Shown here in pieces: positions 39,975-53,575 of a stretch of 64,000 bases of DNA. The position numbers and the translations under genes were made by a program. The DNA comes from Octopus sinensis (Eukaryota). The notes under the pieces are model-generated. The model saw only the letters and a list, made by a program, of their open reading frames with translations. It did no database searches and had not been told where the DNA came from. Each line of letters opens with the position of its first letter. Position 1 is the stretch's first letter. The stretch spans positions 60,822,001-60,886,000 of the forward strand of contig NC_043008.1 of assembly GCF_006345805.1 (NCBI RefSeq). The letters run 5' to 3'.

Positions 39975-40063
<89 letters not shown>

Positions 40064-40094
40064 TATATGTGTGTGTGTGTGTGTGAGTGTGCTT

Positions 40095-42287
40095 AGGAAT
40101 CCTGCTATCCCTCATTCTGGGGATAGGTGTCCAGTCCAACGGAACCGGTGCTTGTGCACCATCGCCTCAATACTCAAGACATTATATGTCCTCAGGACCT
40201 GTGTGTCTGGAGTTTTTAAGGTACAGCCAAGGAGCGATGTCAGTACGGTACACAGAAAGTTTTTTTTTTTTTGCTTTGTGATGCTACGCTGGAACCGGAC
40301 ACGAGACTGAAGAGACCGGAAGGAATCAGTTGCTCGCTGCAACCTGAAAGATATTTAATCATCTAGGGAGCTGGGTGTGCTGTCCAGGTTGACAAACTTG
40401 TCTACCACTTTCAGAATTGTTCTTTCAACAAAGATAGCTGGTTCTACATACGGATTTTCTGGTGCAGGCTGGACCATTACAACAGTTTTGTCCAGGCTAT
40501 TGCTGAGTCCAAATGCCTTGCAAGAAGCAGAAATACGATTCATAAGTACTTGCATGTCATCCACTGTATGACTAAGTCAAAGTCAACGGCATAAAGAAGG
40601 TCATGAATAAGACTGGAAAACTTTTGAATTGGCAGCAAATTGGTGCAGATTAAAGAGGCGGCCAGAAGATCGATATCTGACATATTTTCCCAGAGAGCTA
40701 ACCTTAGCATGATTAAAAGCACTAGCAAAGTACAAAGAGAGTTGGAGAAAGGATGTCACCCTGCTTGACACCATTCTCAATAGGAAGGGGTCGTGCTATG
40801 CCACCACCAACATTGACAGAAGCCTCCATCCCATCATGAAATGATTTAATTAACGACAAAAAGATCTGGACCTCCAAGTTTGCCAAGTATTTTCCATAGC
40901 AAGGCTCTATTCACAGAATCAAAGGAATTCGTTAAATCAATGAATACCTGGACAAGATCTACATTCTGCTCATAGCCCTTTTTCTTGCATATATCTTGTG
41001 AAAATCATATCCATTGTCCCTCTACGAGATCGGAAGTCACATTGAGATTCAGATAGGACATCATTTACGAGACACCCATTCATGCGGGTAAGAAGAATAT
41101 TTTCGAGAGCCTTGCCAGCAGCTGATAGTAGAGCAATACCTCTTTAGTTACCTCACATTATTCTGGCTCCTTTTCCTTTATAGAGAGGAAGAATAGTTGC
41201 ATACTTCCAGTCCTTGGGCATTGCACCATCCCTCCAGACTGCACTAATAAGTTCAAGAAAGGATAGTATAATGTAATCACCACCAAATCGTAAGACCTCA
41301 GCACAAATTCTATCATTTACAGGTGCCCTGCCAAGATTCAATTTATTTATTGATATCATTACTTCATCTATTGAGGGCATAGAATTTAAAGAGACATTGG
41401 TAGGTCTTTGTTGCATAGTATCAATCACTATTTCATCCACAACTGACTCGTGGTTTAGGAGCTTAGAGAATTGTTCGATCCAGCGACCTGTGATTTCTGT
41501 TGATTTAGTAAATAGAGTGGAAGTCTCCTTGGAAAGCAAAGAAGCTGATGTGGATATCTTAGGCCCATAAATTTGCTTCATAAGACGGTAAAGCTTCTTG
41601 TTGTCATTTGCGTAAACATCACAAGCAAGATCATCCCACCAAATGTTCTGCATCTTCCTGAGAGATCGCTGTAAAATCACTACTGCAGTGGTGATTTACT
41701 CTGCCGTAGTGGGCAAGTGGTAGATTTCGCTGCACTGCGGAAAGTCCTCTGTGTTGCAATATGTTGTGTGCATGGCGCTTTACAGCCAATAATGGTTGAA
41801 CTTCAGCATCATTTTCATCAAATCAGTCTCTGTGTCTGGCAGTAGCATATCCCAGTGTTTCAGCAGCACAAGGAAGAACCTGGTCTCACAAATATTCCCA
41901 TACTGTAGCATTTTCAATGCTAGAGAAACGAGTCTGAATCTCTTTCCTCAACACACCATCATATATCTTATGGACATTCAGACGCCGAGGAATGCTGATT
42001 GGCCCTCTTCTCTCTTTCACTCTAATCATCATCCTGAACTTTGTTAGCGCCAGACTGTTGTCTGTCCAGCATATCGATCCATGAAAGTAGTTGACATTAC
42101 AAATGTCATATATTTCATGATTGCGGATGATGACATAACCTAGCAAGTAGCAAATTTTAGACCTTGGATGCGTCCATGTTGTTGTGAAATCACCTTTCTG
42201 CATATAATGAGTGTTTGCAATGCAAAGTCCATGTTCATCGCAGAGCACCAGCAGCATGAGTCCATTGCTATTCAGTTTCCCCACTCC
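40095..42287 (-). mobile_element. RTE-clade LINE (endonuclease-RT), decayed
   Basis: GVGKLNSNG..LCIANT..TWTHPRSK (APE), PSIDEV..RAP..D.I.AE, MPKDWKYATILPLYKGKG, YAVD (RT) and SIEAM..RFRWTGH. Confidence 0.9.
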
Positions 42288-42545
42288 AGAACGAGTCTGA
42301 TGTCTCGGAGGTGTTCCCCGAACCGGCCAACCAAGCGGGGTCCCGTTTGACTCATGTACAGAGAAGGACAGAGAGAGCAGGAGATGCAGTAGATGACGTT
42401 GCTAGAAGTGCAGGTAAAGGAGTCAGTGATATGATAGGGTCGATGATGGATGCCGGTAAGGCTGGTGGTGGAAGGTTTGTAGCAGAGAGAAAACAGGAGA
42501 CGGGTGACGGCGGGGTGGGTATGGGGAGACAGAGCAGATGCACAG
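42288..42545 (-). mobile_element. Penelope-like GIY-YIG endonuclease fragment
   Basis: Minus frame HITDSFTCTSSNVIYCISCSLCPSLYMSQTGPRLVGRFGEHLRDI. Confidence 0.85.
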
Positions 42546-42589
42546 GTAAATATACATATATATTTAGTTACTATATGTATATAAATATG

Positions 42590-42645
<56 letters not shown>

Positions 42646-43199
42646 CACACGAGGGCAGTACATGAGTACCTAAATAGGTAAAACTAGAAGATAAAAAAAA
42701 AACTTCTGAGTCACAGAATAGTCACAAATCTACTACAGACCTGGCAGGAAAAGTTCCTGTGAAAATTAAAAACAAGGAACAAGAGGAAAAAAATAGAGGA
42801 AGGAAGAGAGGGTGAGAGTCGTTGATAGTATTCTCGGAATATATATTTTAACAAAGTAAACAACAGGTTGTTCAGGGCGCTCCGTTCACATATCAAAGGT
42901 AGTACAGAAAGAACACATCAAACGGAAATCAACAAAACACAACATGCGGAAAAAAACGGACGCTAGAATAACAGACGGCAAACAGGACAAAAACAAGATA
43001 CACGGATCATTCACAGCCGATTGCCTCCTCAGTCGGAGTCTGCAAAGTCGTTGTAGATTAACGCTTCTTTATCTCCGAGACTACTCGAATCCGGTAAGCG
43101 CCATGTGTGCGTATGTGTGTAAGTATCTATATGTAAGTACTGGTATATTTGTGTATGTGCAGGTAAATATGTGTATATTTGTGTGTGCGTATGCATATG

Positions 43200-43289
<90 letters not shown>

Positions 43290-44079
43290 GTATATATATA
43301 CATATATATGTATATATTTATATGTATGTATGTTTATATGTGTGTGTATAGATATATAAGTAAATATATGCAAGTAGGTACATGTGTATGTGTATATGCG
43401 TCGGTGTATGTTCTTATGTACGTATGTGTGTATATATGTACACACATATATACGCATGTATGCGTGTGAGCATGTGTGTATGTACGTGAGTTTGTATGTG
43501 TGATGGTCTGAGTGTTTGTGACGCAGACACGCACGGACAAACACACATCCAAACTGTTGTCTCTCCCCACCCCACGTAATATCTTCCTCACAGATGCCTC
43601 CTTCATACACACTTTTATTTTTTTAAACATTTTATTTCCTCTCGGTACTTTCCTAACAAATAGGTCTGATAGACACACCATATAATAAAATGACTTTAAT
43701 GCTAGTCTGGGGGAACAGCCCCTCTAATGCATAAAAAAGCAAATATTACGTAATTTCTCTTTGAGAATTTTCGCGTAAACTGGCGTTGCCAATGGAGTTG
43801 ATACGGAAACATGTGTAACTTATAATTAGCTATGTGTCAAAGAACTTACTTTGTCTTCTTCTTTTCATTGGATTATTTACTTTATACCAAATCGAATGAC
43901 GGTATAATTGTCGTGAAACTTCGATTTACTACACCAGAAGTATTCCACTTTTGGCCATGATCCTGACGGAGTTGATAGCCCAGTATTCGGGCTGAGTGCT
44001 TCTCTGGAAATACCCAAAATTCACACACCACTGACTTTAACCAGTTGCTCTATACCAGATATATTCTTCGTATATTCGA

Positions 44080-44114
<35 letters not shown>

Positions 44115-44124
<10 letters not shown>

Positions 44125-44257
44125 TATTCGAGACAAAACCACTATTTGCAAAACAAACAAGGAAAGACTTAATCAATACATAAAATTTTATGTATTGATT
44201 AAGTCTTTCCTTGTTTGTTTTGCAAAATAGTGGTTTTGTCTCGAATAATATTTTATA
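44115..44257. repeat. Spacer-less palindrome with arms of about 70 bp
   Basis: Centre CATAAAA|TTTTATG at 44185/44186. The arms differ by a 1-nt indel. Confidence 0.95.
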
Positions 44258-44337
44258 ATATTTTACTATAAAATCGATTTAATCCTAAATCTGATTTTTT
44301 CCCTGTAAATTTGGATTTATTCCCTAATATTTATTAT

Positions 44338-44369
<32 letters not shown>

Positions 44370-44371
<2 letters not shown>

Positions 44372-44546
44372 GGTTCAGACGCCATGATAGATCGTTAGCC
44401 ACTACAGACATTTTTTTCTCTCCTTGTTTTCTGTGTCCCTTTCTGTAGAAGAGCGTAGGCTCGAAACGTAAAATACATCCTAATACATCTGTTTGTTTTG
44501 TACACCACCTGTCTTTGTCTTTTGTTTTTTTCGTAAACTCACCCAA

Positions 44547-44550
<4 letters not shown>
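44370..44550 (+). repeat. pLTR-like repeat with variant minimal hammerhead (44440-44473)
   Basis: TTT-CTGTAGA-A-GAGC GTAG GCTC-GAAA-CG-TA-AAA. Confidence 0.6.
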
Positions 44551-44578
<28 letters not shown>

Positions 44579-44738
44579 AAGAAGTTATCCTAAATTGTTA
44601 AATGTATTCCGAAAAACTTTTCCTATCCGACATGCAGTTCGAAAAAGCCCGCCATATACCGAATATATGATTTATAAACATTTCCATGTGCTTCGCCGGA
44701 GAGAGCAGATGTCGTTTATTTATGATGTGTTCAGAATC

Positions 44739-44806
44739 AGTTCTACTGATGAGCATAGACGCATTTTTTTATGTGGTAAGTGTGAAATCACAGGTGATAT
44801 AGAACT
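44739..44806 (+). ncRNA. Type I hammerhead ribozyme, intact core, all three stems
   Basis: AGTTCTA-CTGATGA-GCAT..CGCAT TTTTTT ATGTG..GTGT-GAAA-TCA CAGG TGA-TA-TAGAACT. Stem I is 7 bp perfect. Confidence 0.85.
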
Positions 44807-46111
44807 AAATTCATTTTTTAAATGTCTTGCTTTGAAAAACTGCATTAGGTACGATTAGTGAAATTTTGGTAGTAATGACTTATGTCCCTCTTAGTGTGAG
44901 GCATTTATGTGTAATAATGCCCTCTATACAATATAAATATAAATATATATATATATATATTATATATATATATACACATATAAATGCAAACGGAGAGAAG
45001 AAAAAGACTAAAGATATTCAGACGATGAATATTTATTCAAATATATACATATTGATACATTAATAGATCAAACTTAGACAGAGTCCAAACGACAGATAAA
45101 TTTGAAGGAGAGGATGTAAGGTGTTATGACTCAAGCAGCTGTTTCTGGGGACTCGGTGATCTATCATAAAGTTCGTAGATTTATTTCACGCAAGTATGCA
45201 GCCAGTAATAGAAGCAAATAAACATTGGATCAATAAAACCTCCTCGTCAGGGTAGAAAATGCTGTTATATTTAATTTCTTTAGCCGCATAATAACTCCAC
45301 ATCTCTCTCCTTATCTATTTGTATGAATATATATTTAGGTTTTTGACATCTGCTATTTCTTTTTTTTTAGCTTTATAATTTATTTGTATTAATGAAGCCT
45401 TATAATATCATACATATAAATTAATTATACATCCATAGTTTTCCATTTTGTTTTTTTCATTATTAATAATATTTATTACTGTAATAATCCCTAACATATC
45501 GTCGAGACTTTCTCCTTATACGATAATGATTAACCAGTCAAAATTTTGGATTATTTAATCTCCCTAGTGAGGACTTGACATCCTCGAATTGATTCTACAT
45601 ATGCATGTGTGTGTGAGAGAGAGAGAGAGAACATAAATGTACAACACACCAATCTACAAATATGGTCTATCTATCTATCTATCTATCTATCAATTTATCT
45701 ATCTAAATATCTATCTCTCTATCAATTTATCTATCTCTCTCTCTCTGCCACACACACTCTTGCACATACATACACGCACATCTCCCTCGCACACACGCAC
45801 ACACATATAGACTTAGATACGACAGTCGTAAGTACTGACCTCTGACTAAAGTACGCAACATTGACAATTCATTCAAGAAGAATGAGAGCATTAAAAGGAA
45901 GCCAATGGAAATAGTCGGAACGTTGAGACGTTGTTCAGATATCCTGGCGGACATATTTCCAATAAACAAAACGTAACTCTCGATTAAAACGTGCATATCA
46001 TGTTAATGGACGTTGATTAAAAGCCTGCTGTTTTTAGTAAAATCATCATAAATTATAACAATATAGATCATCTCTCTGTCTGTCTCTCTGTCTGTCTCTG
46101 TCTCTGTCTCT

Positions 46112-46143
<32 letters not shown>

Positions 46144-46464
46144 TTTATATATATATATCACTGAAATTATTGGAATAATGAAAGGCAGCAGAAGTTTTCG
46201 TTTATATTGCTGGTAGTTAATCACCGACCTCAAAGTAGTAAAAAGAAGAATCAGTGGAAACAGGAATTTTTAAATATGATGTTTGAATGTTAATATGATA
46301 GTACATTTGAAAATATTTCGCAAATCTCATACGCATTTAACATCTCTCCTCTGAAGAGGTTTACGAAACCTTATAACTGTACACTTTAAAACTTCATAAC
46401 ACACAGCATCATTATACTTTACTGCAGGTCACAACCTTGTTATATACTCCTATATTCAACATAT

Positions 46465-46724
46465 GTGGAGGCGCGTGGCTTAGTGGTTAAGGTGTCAGCA
46501 CCATGATCGTAAGATTGTGGTTTCGATTCCTGGACCGGGCGACGCGTTGTGTCCTTGAGCAAAACACTTCATTTCACGCTGCTCCAGCCCACTCAGCTGG
46601 CAAAAATGAGTAACGCTGCGATGGACTGGCGTCCCGTCCAGCTGGGGAACGCATACGCCATAGAAACCTGGAAACCGGGCCCATGAGCCTGGCTAGGCTT
46701 TAAAAGGGCGCATTTATTTATTTT
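46465..46724 (+). mobile_element. Family C SINE (V-domain-like), young copy with 14-bp TSD
   Basis: TGGCTTAGTGG and GTTTCGATTCC boxes, GTGTCCTTGAGCAA, GCGATGGACTGGCGTCCCGTCCAG. TSD TATATTCAACATAT at 46451-46464 and 46725-46738. Confidence 0.92.
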
Positions 46725-47593
46725 TATATTCAACATATACTTCATTATACTCTGAAAACAATTTTTACCCCAGCCTCAACACATTAAGCGCTACTTCGCT
46801 TCTGTTGCTTATTGCCGCAGTTGTGATTAGAATTTAAAAAAAAAACTGTGGTTCCGATTCTTGGATCGACTGTATTGCACTTTCTTTCATGAAAACAAAA
46901 TCTATTCACAAAGTATCGAGTAGCAGTTGAGCTCTGGTTCCGTGCTATCTCCCTCTATATAATATCCTGAATGATCTTCCGAATCAATGATGTGAAAACC
47001 CACATGTTATTTACTCCATCTCGTGGCTAAATGGAACCCAAAAATAATAGGTAAAAGCGAACATTCTGCCAGTTTGCACTCGCATACAAGTGACAGTTAT
47101 GCTACTTTTCGAAGGTATTCGACTACAGTATTAGTGACAATCAGAAATAAAGACGCCAGATCAGCCTCGTATGTCAAATACAAGAATTAGAATCTATCCG
47201 ACAGACTGTTGAATCGATTTTCTTATACTTCTGGCGTTTGGAATGTTATATAAGCCACAACATTACGTACATCTATTGATTAGAATACTTTATGCCCAAT
47301 CAAATGAATCCAGCGTATCAATCGTTTTTGTGATTTATAAATGCTTTGCAACAACAAGAACAACAACAACAACAAGTGTAATATCTGTTTCTGACAAAAA
47401 TTCAATGTTTCAGATTTAAAGAACGGCAAGTATTGATGTTCATGATTTTCAAAGAGCTTCCAGCACGTCCGTTGAACCAAAATGCTACAGCAAAATATCG
47501 ACACCAAATCGTAGACATTACTTACAAGGGTTCTCCGCTCTGTTAAAGAGATCATAGAACTAACAGTATCAATATATATATATATATACACAC

Positions 47594-47637
<44 letters not shown>

Positions 47638-47650
47638 TATATTTTTATAC

Positions 47651-47691
<41 letters not shown>

Positions 47692-47714
47692 TACATATAT
47701 ACACACACACATAA

Positions 47715-47768
<54 letters not shown>

Positions 47769-48898
47769 ATATATACATGCGTGCACGCATGTGTGTGTGT
47801 GTGTGTGTGTGCGTGCATGTATCTTGTAAACGTTTGACATCGGCAGATAGTACCAGTGCTGATAACACTAACAACCGTAATTATTCGTTAAGATATAAGG
47901 CTATGCTATATTAAGAGCAATTTTCTCACTGGAGTTCATTAAAATTGTTCCCTGCCCGTGGTTAAACATTTCTTTGCGTACTTAGAGTAATTGTAAGTGT
48001 GCACTTCGCCCGGGATATTCTGGCTCTCTTGAAAGACGCGTATCACACAGTAATTGGATAAGATAGCAGTGTGGACAGAATGATAACACTGAAATAAAGA
48101 CATAAATACCAAACTATCGATTTATCGAAACACTTCTAGCTATACTGGATGGATTTATGGCATACTGAATTATGCCACAGCGGAATGTTGATCTGTTTTC
48201 TCTGCCTGTATTATATATTGGAATGTTTACTGGATAGATGAACAATAGATCATTATAATATCCCCCAAAGATAGATTTCATCCTTATCAGATTCTTATTA
48301 ACAAAACCTTTAGTAAATTAATTATAAAGAAAATGATGTAATGATATAGAAGATCGAAAAAAGAAATTTGGGAGAATAATCTAGTTGAATTGTCTGCATG
48401 TAAGAGATAGCGTTCCTCACAGCTTTCAATTATAGTGTAATCATATAGTATGAGGCGTTAAACTGTCGTCCATATTTCAAGGATGTTTAACACAATGCAG
48501 AATACATATTCCTCAGGGATGTTGAACTTTCTTATTGAAATTTAGCATTGATGGAAATTATGTTGGTATTTATTGCAATCTGACCGATATTCTTAAATAG
48601 AGGCGTACAGAATGAAACATTTACGATCAGAAACTGTTCTAAGATTGAAATAGAATAAATTTCTCAGAAGGATAAGCTTATTACAACACTTTATGGATTT
48701 AGTTAGGACAAGAAAACTTCTAGATAACTGATGGATCAGCGGCACTTATTTGGGTGATAAAGTAAAATGATGTTGATTGCTCCAATGCATACATTATTAC
48801 TCAGTTTTATGTGTGTCATAAGAACGTTTGATATCTATGTGCAACACATATATATATATATATATAATCAAAATAAGCAACCAGGATAAACAGAGGTA

Positions 48899-48988
48899 AT
48901 GCAGTACGATCGTTTTATGCGACTCCATTTAATTGAACAATGCAAATATTACACCAATGTTAAAATGTAGAGCAATCTTCAACTGCAT
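48899..48988 (-). ncRNA. Degenerate long-stem II hammerhead
   Basis: Minus strand: ATGCAG-TTGAAGA-TTGC...GCAT-AAAA-CGATCG-TA-CTGCAT. Stem I is 6 bp perfect, with two core substitutions. Confidence 0.6.
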
Positions 48989-49099
48989 AAAATATAGAAT
49001 TTAGTTAAATTCGAAGGATTATATGGATAATACCATACTAAATTCTGATACCTTTAACTTAAGTACTATATTCAACTGAATCTAAATTTTACTGAACAA

Positions 49100-49139
<40 letters not shown>

Positions 49140-49144
49140 AAGTA

Positions 49145-50090
49145 TTAATAATGGATGACTAATTTTCCCTCTGCCGACTGGTCTACTCAAAACTGGAAGA
49201 CTGTGTGTGTATTTCAACCTCAAACAGCAACAGTGGAATCGCTTCTCCAATCCATCAACGAATTTTTCCTGTCCCAAATCATTCTTGTGCCAACGAGATT
49301 CAACAAAAACACATTAGTCTTAGAGTTTAGTAACTATATGGATGTTTTCCATAATATCACGGTGGAAAGAAAACCTTTCCTTCTGACTACGATATGGTTT
49401 TCTGCAGGTTGCGATTCTGGAAACCAAATGTGACGCAGAACGATATCGCTCCAATACAGCCTTTTGCCGTCATGGACTTTAGCAACCACCCAATATATTT
49501 TACTCATTGTTTTGCCTTTCATTCACTCTATTGTTCAAAACAACATGAGTACATCCCGGCTCCTATTTGTGAACATTGCCACAAATAAACGTTCATACCA
49601 CACTCGACTACGTTTCATGAGTAAAACTATGCAGACTCTCGTGTAACACGAGAGCATTTATAAGAAAAATAAGAAGGATTATTCGAAAAAAATAATCAAC
49701 TGTCTAAAATATTTTTTTCTATTCTAGACTCCATAGATTGATCACAATGGAAATAGATGACAAGTCAGTTTCTGATTATTGGGATTGTCCGAAGTCAAAC
49801 GTTATTACCCCCAACGCCGCCGCGAGCGCTATATCATTTGCGTGATGTGGAAAATATTCCAACAACATTACCCAAATGTTGTTGCCACCAACATTAAACA
49901 TTTACTCAAGGTTTGGATATTCACCATCTACAAAAATCATAACTATTTCACCTCTAGTAACCCTACTCTCTTTAAAATCATGCTAACATGGCAAAGATCT
50001 CATGAAATTCAAGCAATTCCTGGACGGACATCTCTAACAAATCCCTGCTGAACCACTACACTCGGATGCTATCAAGTTTGTCATGGCCTG
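49145..50090 (+). mobile_element. CR1/L2-group LINE relic (APE endonuclease plus C-terminus, internally deleted)
   Basis: NFPSADW...FLSQIILVPTRFNKNTL.L.FSN (APE), and FKQFLDGHL.QIPAEP at the 3' end. Confidence 0.7.
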
Positions 50091-50153
50091 GGACAATTCT
50101 TTCCGAAATTTATCTATCTAAACACACGCACACACAGACACACACACACACAC

Positions 50154-50187
<34 letters not shown>

Positions 50188-50551
50188 CACACACATGCAT
50201 GCATGCACGCACACAGACACATACATATCTGAAGCGATGTAAATGTTTTGAATATTTTGTCCATGGGTGTGAAAAAAAACATGCCGACGGATATTAGAGT
50301 TTTAAATGCCAAATAGAAGTTATCATATATAGAAGTTGACTATTCATGCTATACTGCTTGGTCACAGTGTTATATATAACAGCTATGAATCTGAAAGTGC
50401 CACGAATAATTAATTTGCATGTATTTTTTCATTCCCGCGCAAACATGTACATACATATATACCTACATGCATACACACATATACACACGAACACGCTCAC
50501 ATATAGTATATATACATATGTATATATATGTGCACAAACATAGGACGTACG

Positions 50552-50589
<38 letters not shown>

Positions 50590-52434
50590 AACATATATGC
50601 ATATATATTCATAGATAATATAGTTAGTTATAAATATAAGCTATTAGATGTTCTCATATATATACGTATACATGTGTGTGCGTGAGTATGTGTGCGTGTC
50701 CACGTGTGTGTGTGTGTGTGTGTGTGTGCTTGTGTGTGTTCCCGTATTTCTATTTCTATTTCTATTTATCTCTGTTTTCATGTTTATCAATGAAAACCAG
50801 TGCGTCATATTCAGCTCCTTTACGTCAAAAACGATATCTAACGTTTTGATAAATAGAAATCGATAAATAAATTCGCAACAGAAACAATATGTGCTATGGC
50901 TGATATAACTGACTACAATATCCCTTGAGATCCTTGCTCCAGTATGACCACGTTCGAAAGATTGAATACTTGAAATAAAATGAAAATAAAAGCCTTAAAT
51001 AATTGAGTTTGAATGCAATTTAAGGAGAACGTAAAACCAGCGATTAGCATATATAAGGAACCAGACTGGTATTTTACTGATTAGGCTGATATTACGTTAA
51101 TAGTAAAGTTTCTATACATAGCAATAGTGTTTATACTATTTTACAGCAAGACTTGTTTAACTAGATAAAACTTTACATGTTTTCCAGACACATTAAAAGT
51201 ATAAATATTTATTGATGACACCTCAACTAGCGCAGTAACTAGGGACTGTTATTTGATTTTGCATGATTAGATATATATATATCAACGAGAAATCACTCTC
51301 TTTGAATTGAATATAAATCCGACGAAAATTAATATTGTAAGTGAAATGAGATATCTACGACTGGGAATCAAACAGTAAACTAGATTCGTTGTCTGCGGTT
51401 TCTGTTTCTCTTCCTCACCTTACTGCGTATTTTTATAAATCAAATAACACACAATTTCTCTCTGATACACAAAACACAAATTAGAACATTCAAGAATGGA
51501 AAAATTCTAAAAAAAAACTAGGATTACTGAGCAATTAAACATTTAATATGCGACTGCTATGAGGAAAAAAAAATTCGTTTGAAATATTATCAGTGAAAAT
51601 TAATCTCCGCAAAAAAAATAAAGAAAACGTATTTTTGCGATGATTGAAAACTCTATTAATATTCTGATGTAATGAAGGACGTATTTGAAAAAAAAAATAA
51701 TAGAAAAAGTGCGGGTGCCGATCGAAAGCAAGTAAACCGCTGTGTCGTGAAAGTTTTCAAGTATTCGTCTCTAAAAAGACTTCAAAGTAAAAGTAGCAAA
51801 AAACAAAGCAAAATCAAAATGCAATCAAATCCTATGCATAAAATTTTATTTTCACATGTCTAGACTAGATCCCCATATTTTATGAATGTTAACAGATGAG
51901 ATAATGGAAGTGGGCAGTGGATAATAAACTTGGTGTAGCGCCTCACAAAATACTATCCGTTATTTAGCATACTCAGATTTCAAATTTCAACATTGTCGCT
52001 TTTGGATTCCATCGATAAAAAGAAGTATCAGTAATACGATATTTTCTATAATAATGGACAGTTATAAATTCTCGGCTTTGCGCTCAATGCAAGAAATCAA
52101 TACGATTATGCAATTGAATGAATAATTACTGCTCAATAATGTAAAATGACTAAGACTATAGTGTGGCAGTGTCCAGTCTGTCAAAAAAAAAACGGCTTCC
52201 ACTATCGTATTCCAGGTATTGCATTTTTTTCGTTACGTAAAGGTCTCATTTTTCTTTGCTATAAATCATTGGCGCTGGAAGTAGCACCGTAATATTGACA
52301 ACCATTTTGCAATAATGAAGTGTTGAAGTCACCTTCACTTAAAGTTAGAGTTATAGAGAATTAAGGCTCAACAATCTTACCCGCCTCAGTAAAACTATGT
52401 AAACTCAATATATGAACTCAATGCGACTATCACA

Positions 52435-52560
52435 CTATACACACTTATTTCCAAGCACTGCTGTAAATAGTTGAAGTGAGAGAGAAAACTTTAAAACTTA
52501 GAGCGCATGCACAACAGGGCTCAAGGTAAAGCTGCCTCAAGGGACTTCACTCTGCGTGCA
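52435..52560. mobile_element. Solo TIR fragment of the mariner at 58355
   Basis: CCAAGCACTGCTGTAAATAG...AAAACTTAGAGCGCATGCACAACAGG is the reverse complement of about 58450-58515. Confidence 0.7.
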
Positions 52561-52897
52561 GTTGGTCTCCTAAGAACCTATAGATTTTTAATACACCGTA
52601 GTTCAGTAAAGGAGCATTTATAAGATTATGTTTTCTGAATAGACGGTTTATAAGAAACGTTTTACGAATGGTAACAGAAAATATGTATTTTCTAATTCCA
52701 TACCGCATAGATGATATTTAATATGCATTAGTGTACGAATAATTGATGGCGGTATTTCCGAATATCATAACCTATTTTAGTTTCTATGCCTACAGAAAAA
52801 GTAAAACAAAATATTCTCAAATTACAGAACATTACATATGACGTACGTGATGATTTGAATACATTTGAAAACATTTTTATACATGATTGATCTAAAA

Positions 52898-53575
52898 CAG
52901 GGGTGGCCAAATTTTTGAACCCTCGATTTCTTTTAGCCGCTTCCCCATCCGCATCGACTCCTTCCGCATTGACCCCGCTTTAGCCACTTCTTCCACATCA
53001 ACCACCCTCCTCGTTTAAAATATCTTAATACCCGTACCATATCTTAAATGCGTATCGGGTACTGATGCTGGCAATTAAAATGTTAACTAAAATATATATG
53101 CACGACAAATTAAGAAATTCTATTGAAAATGACATACTTTTTACATTTAAAACTACGTGTACAAGTATACAGTAATTAAATTTTGAACTTTTATGAAATT
53201 ACTTTTCACGGTTAGTAAATGTGAAAAACGCATCATATTGATGAAATATCTTTTATTGAAATTGACAACATCAATGTGAGACATGGGCATGGTGATCCTG
53301 AATCAAGGCATTGATATCAGGCTGAATGCGGGTCAGTTTTAGCCTCGTTTCTCCAGGTTCAGGCGATTCCTCTGTTTGCTGAGGATTGCGTTTGCAAGGC
53401 TGAAGCCAGCTTCCACCACGTAAGAGCTGGGAAATGCCAGAAGGAATGGCTCAGCTGCTGCTTTAAGGTATGGGTATCTTTCACTAGTTTTCTTATTGTA
53501 CCAAAAGTCTGATCTCAGACAAGGCTTTTGCCGCAATATCGACACTCAAATCAGACAATTCGCTGATAGAGAGAC
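52898..53575 (-). mobile_element. hAT (Buster/Charlie) transposon 3' end with dimerization-domain relic
   Basis: DFWY...YPYLKAAAEPFLLAFPSSYVVEAGFS...SKQRNRLNLE..L.RIQPDI. Terminus CAGGGGTGGCCAAA at 52898. Confidence 0.85.

Noticed and set aside
46344-46380. CTGAAGA..GAAA..TA
   Set aside because: Stem I and stem III do not pair, and the alternative hairpin GGTTT-ACG-AAACC explains it.
46465-46540. tRNA-like sequences at SINE heads
   Set aside because: A and B boxes are present, but each runs into SINE body and tail with TSDs and has no complete acceptor stem, so they are not tRNA genes.
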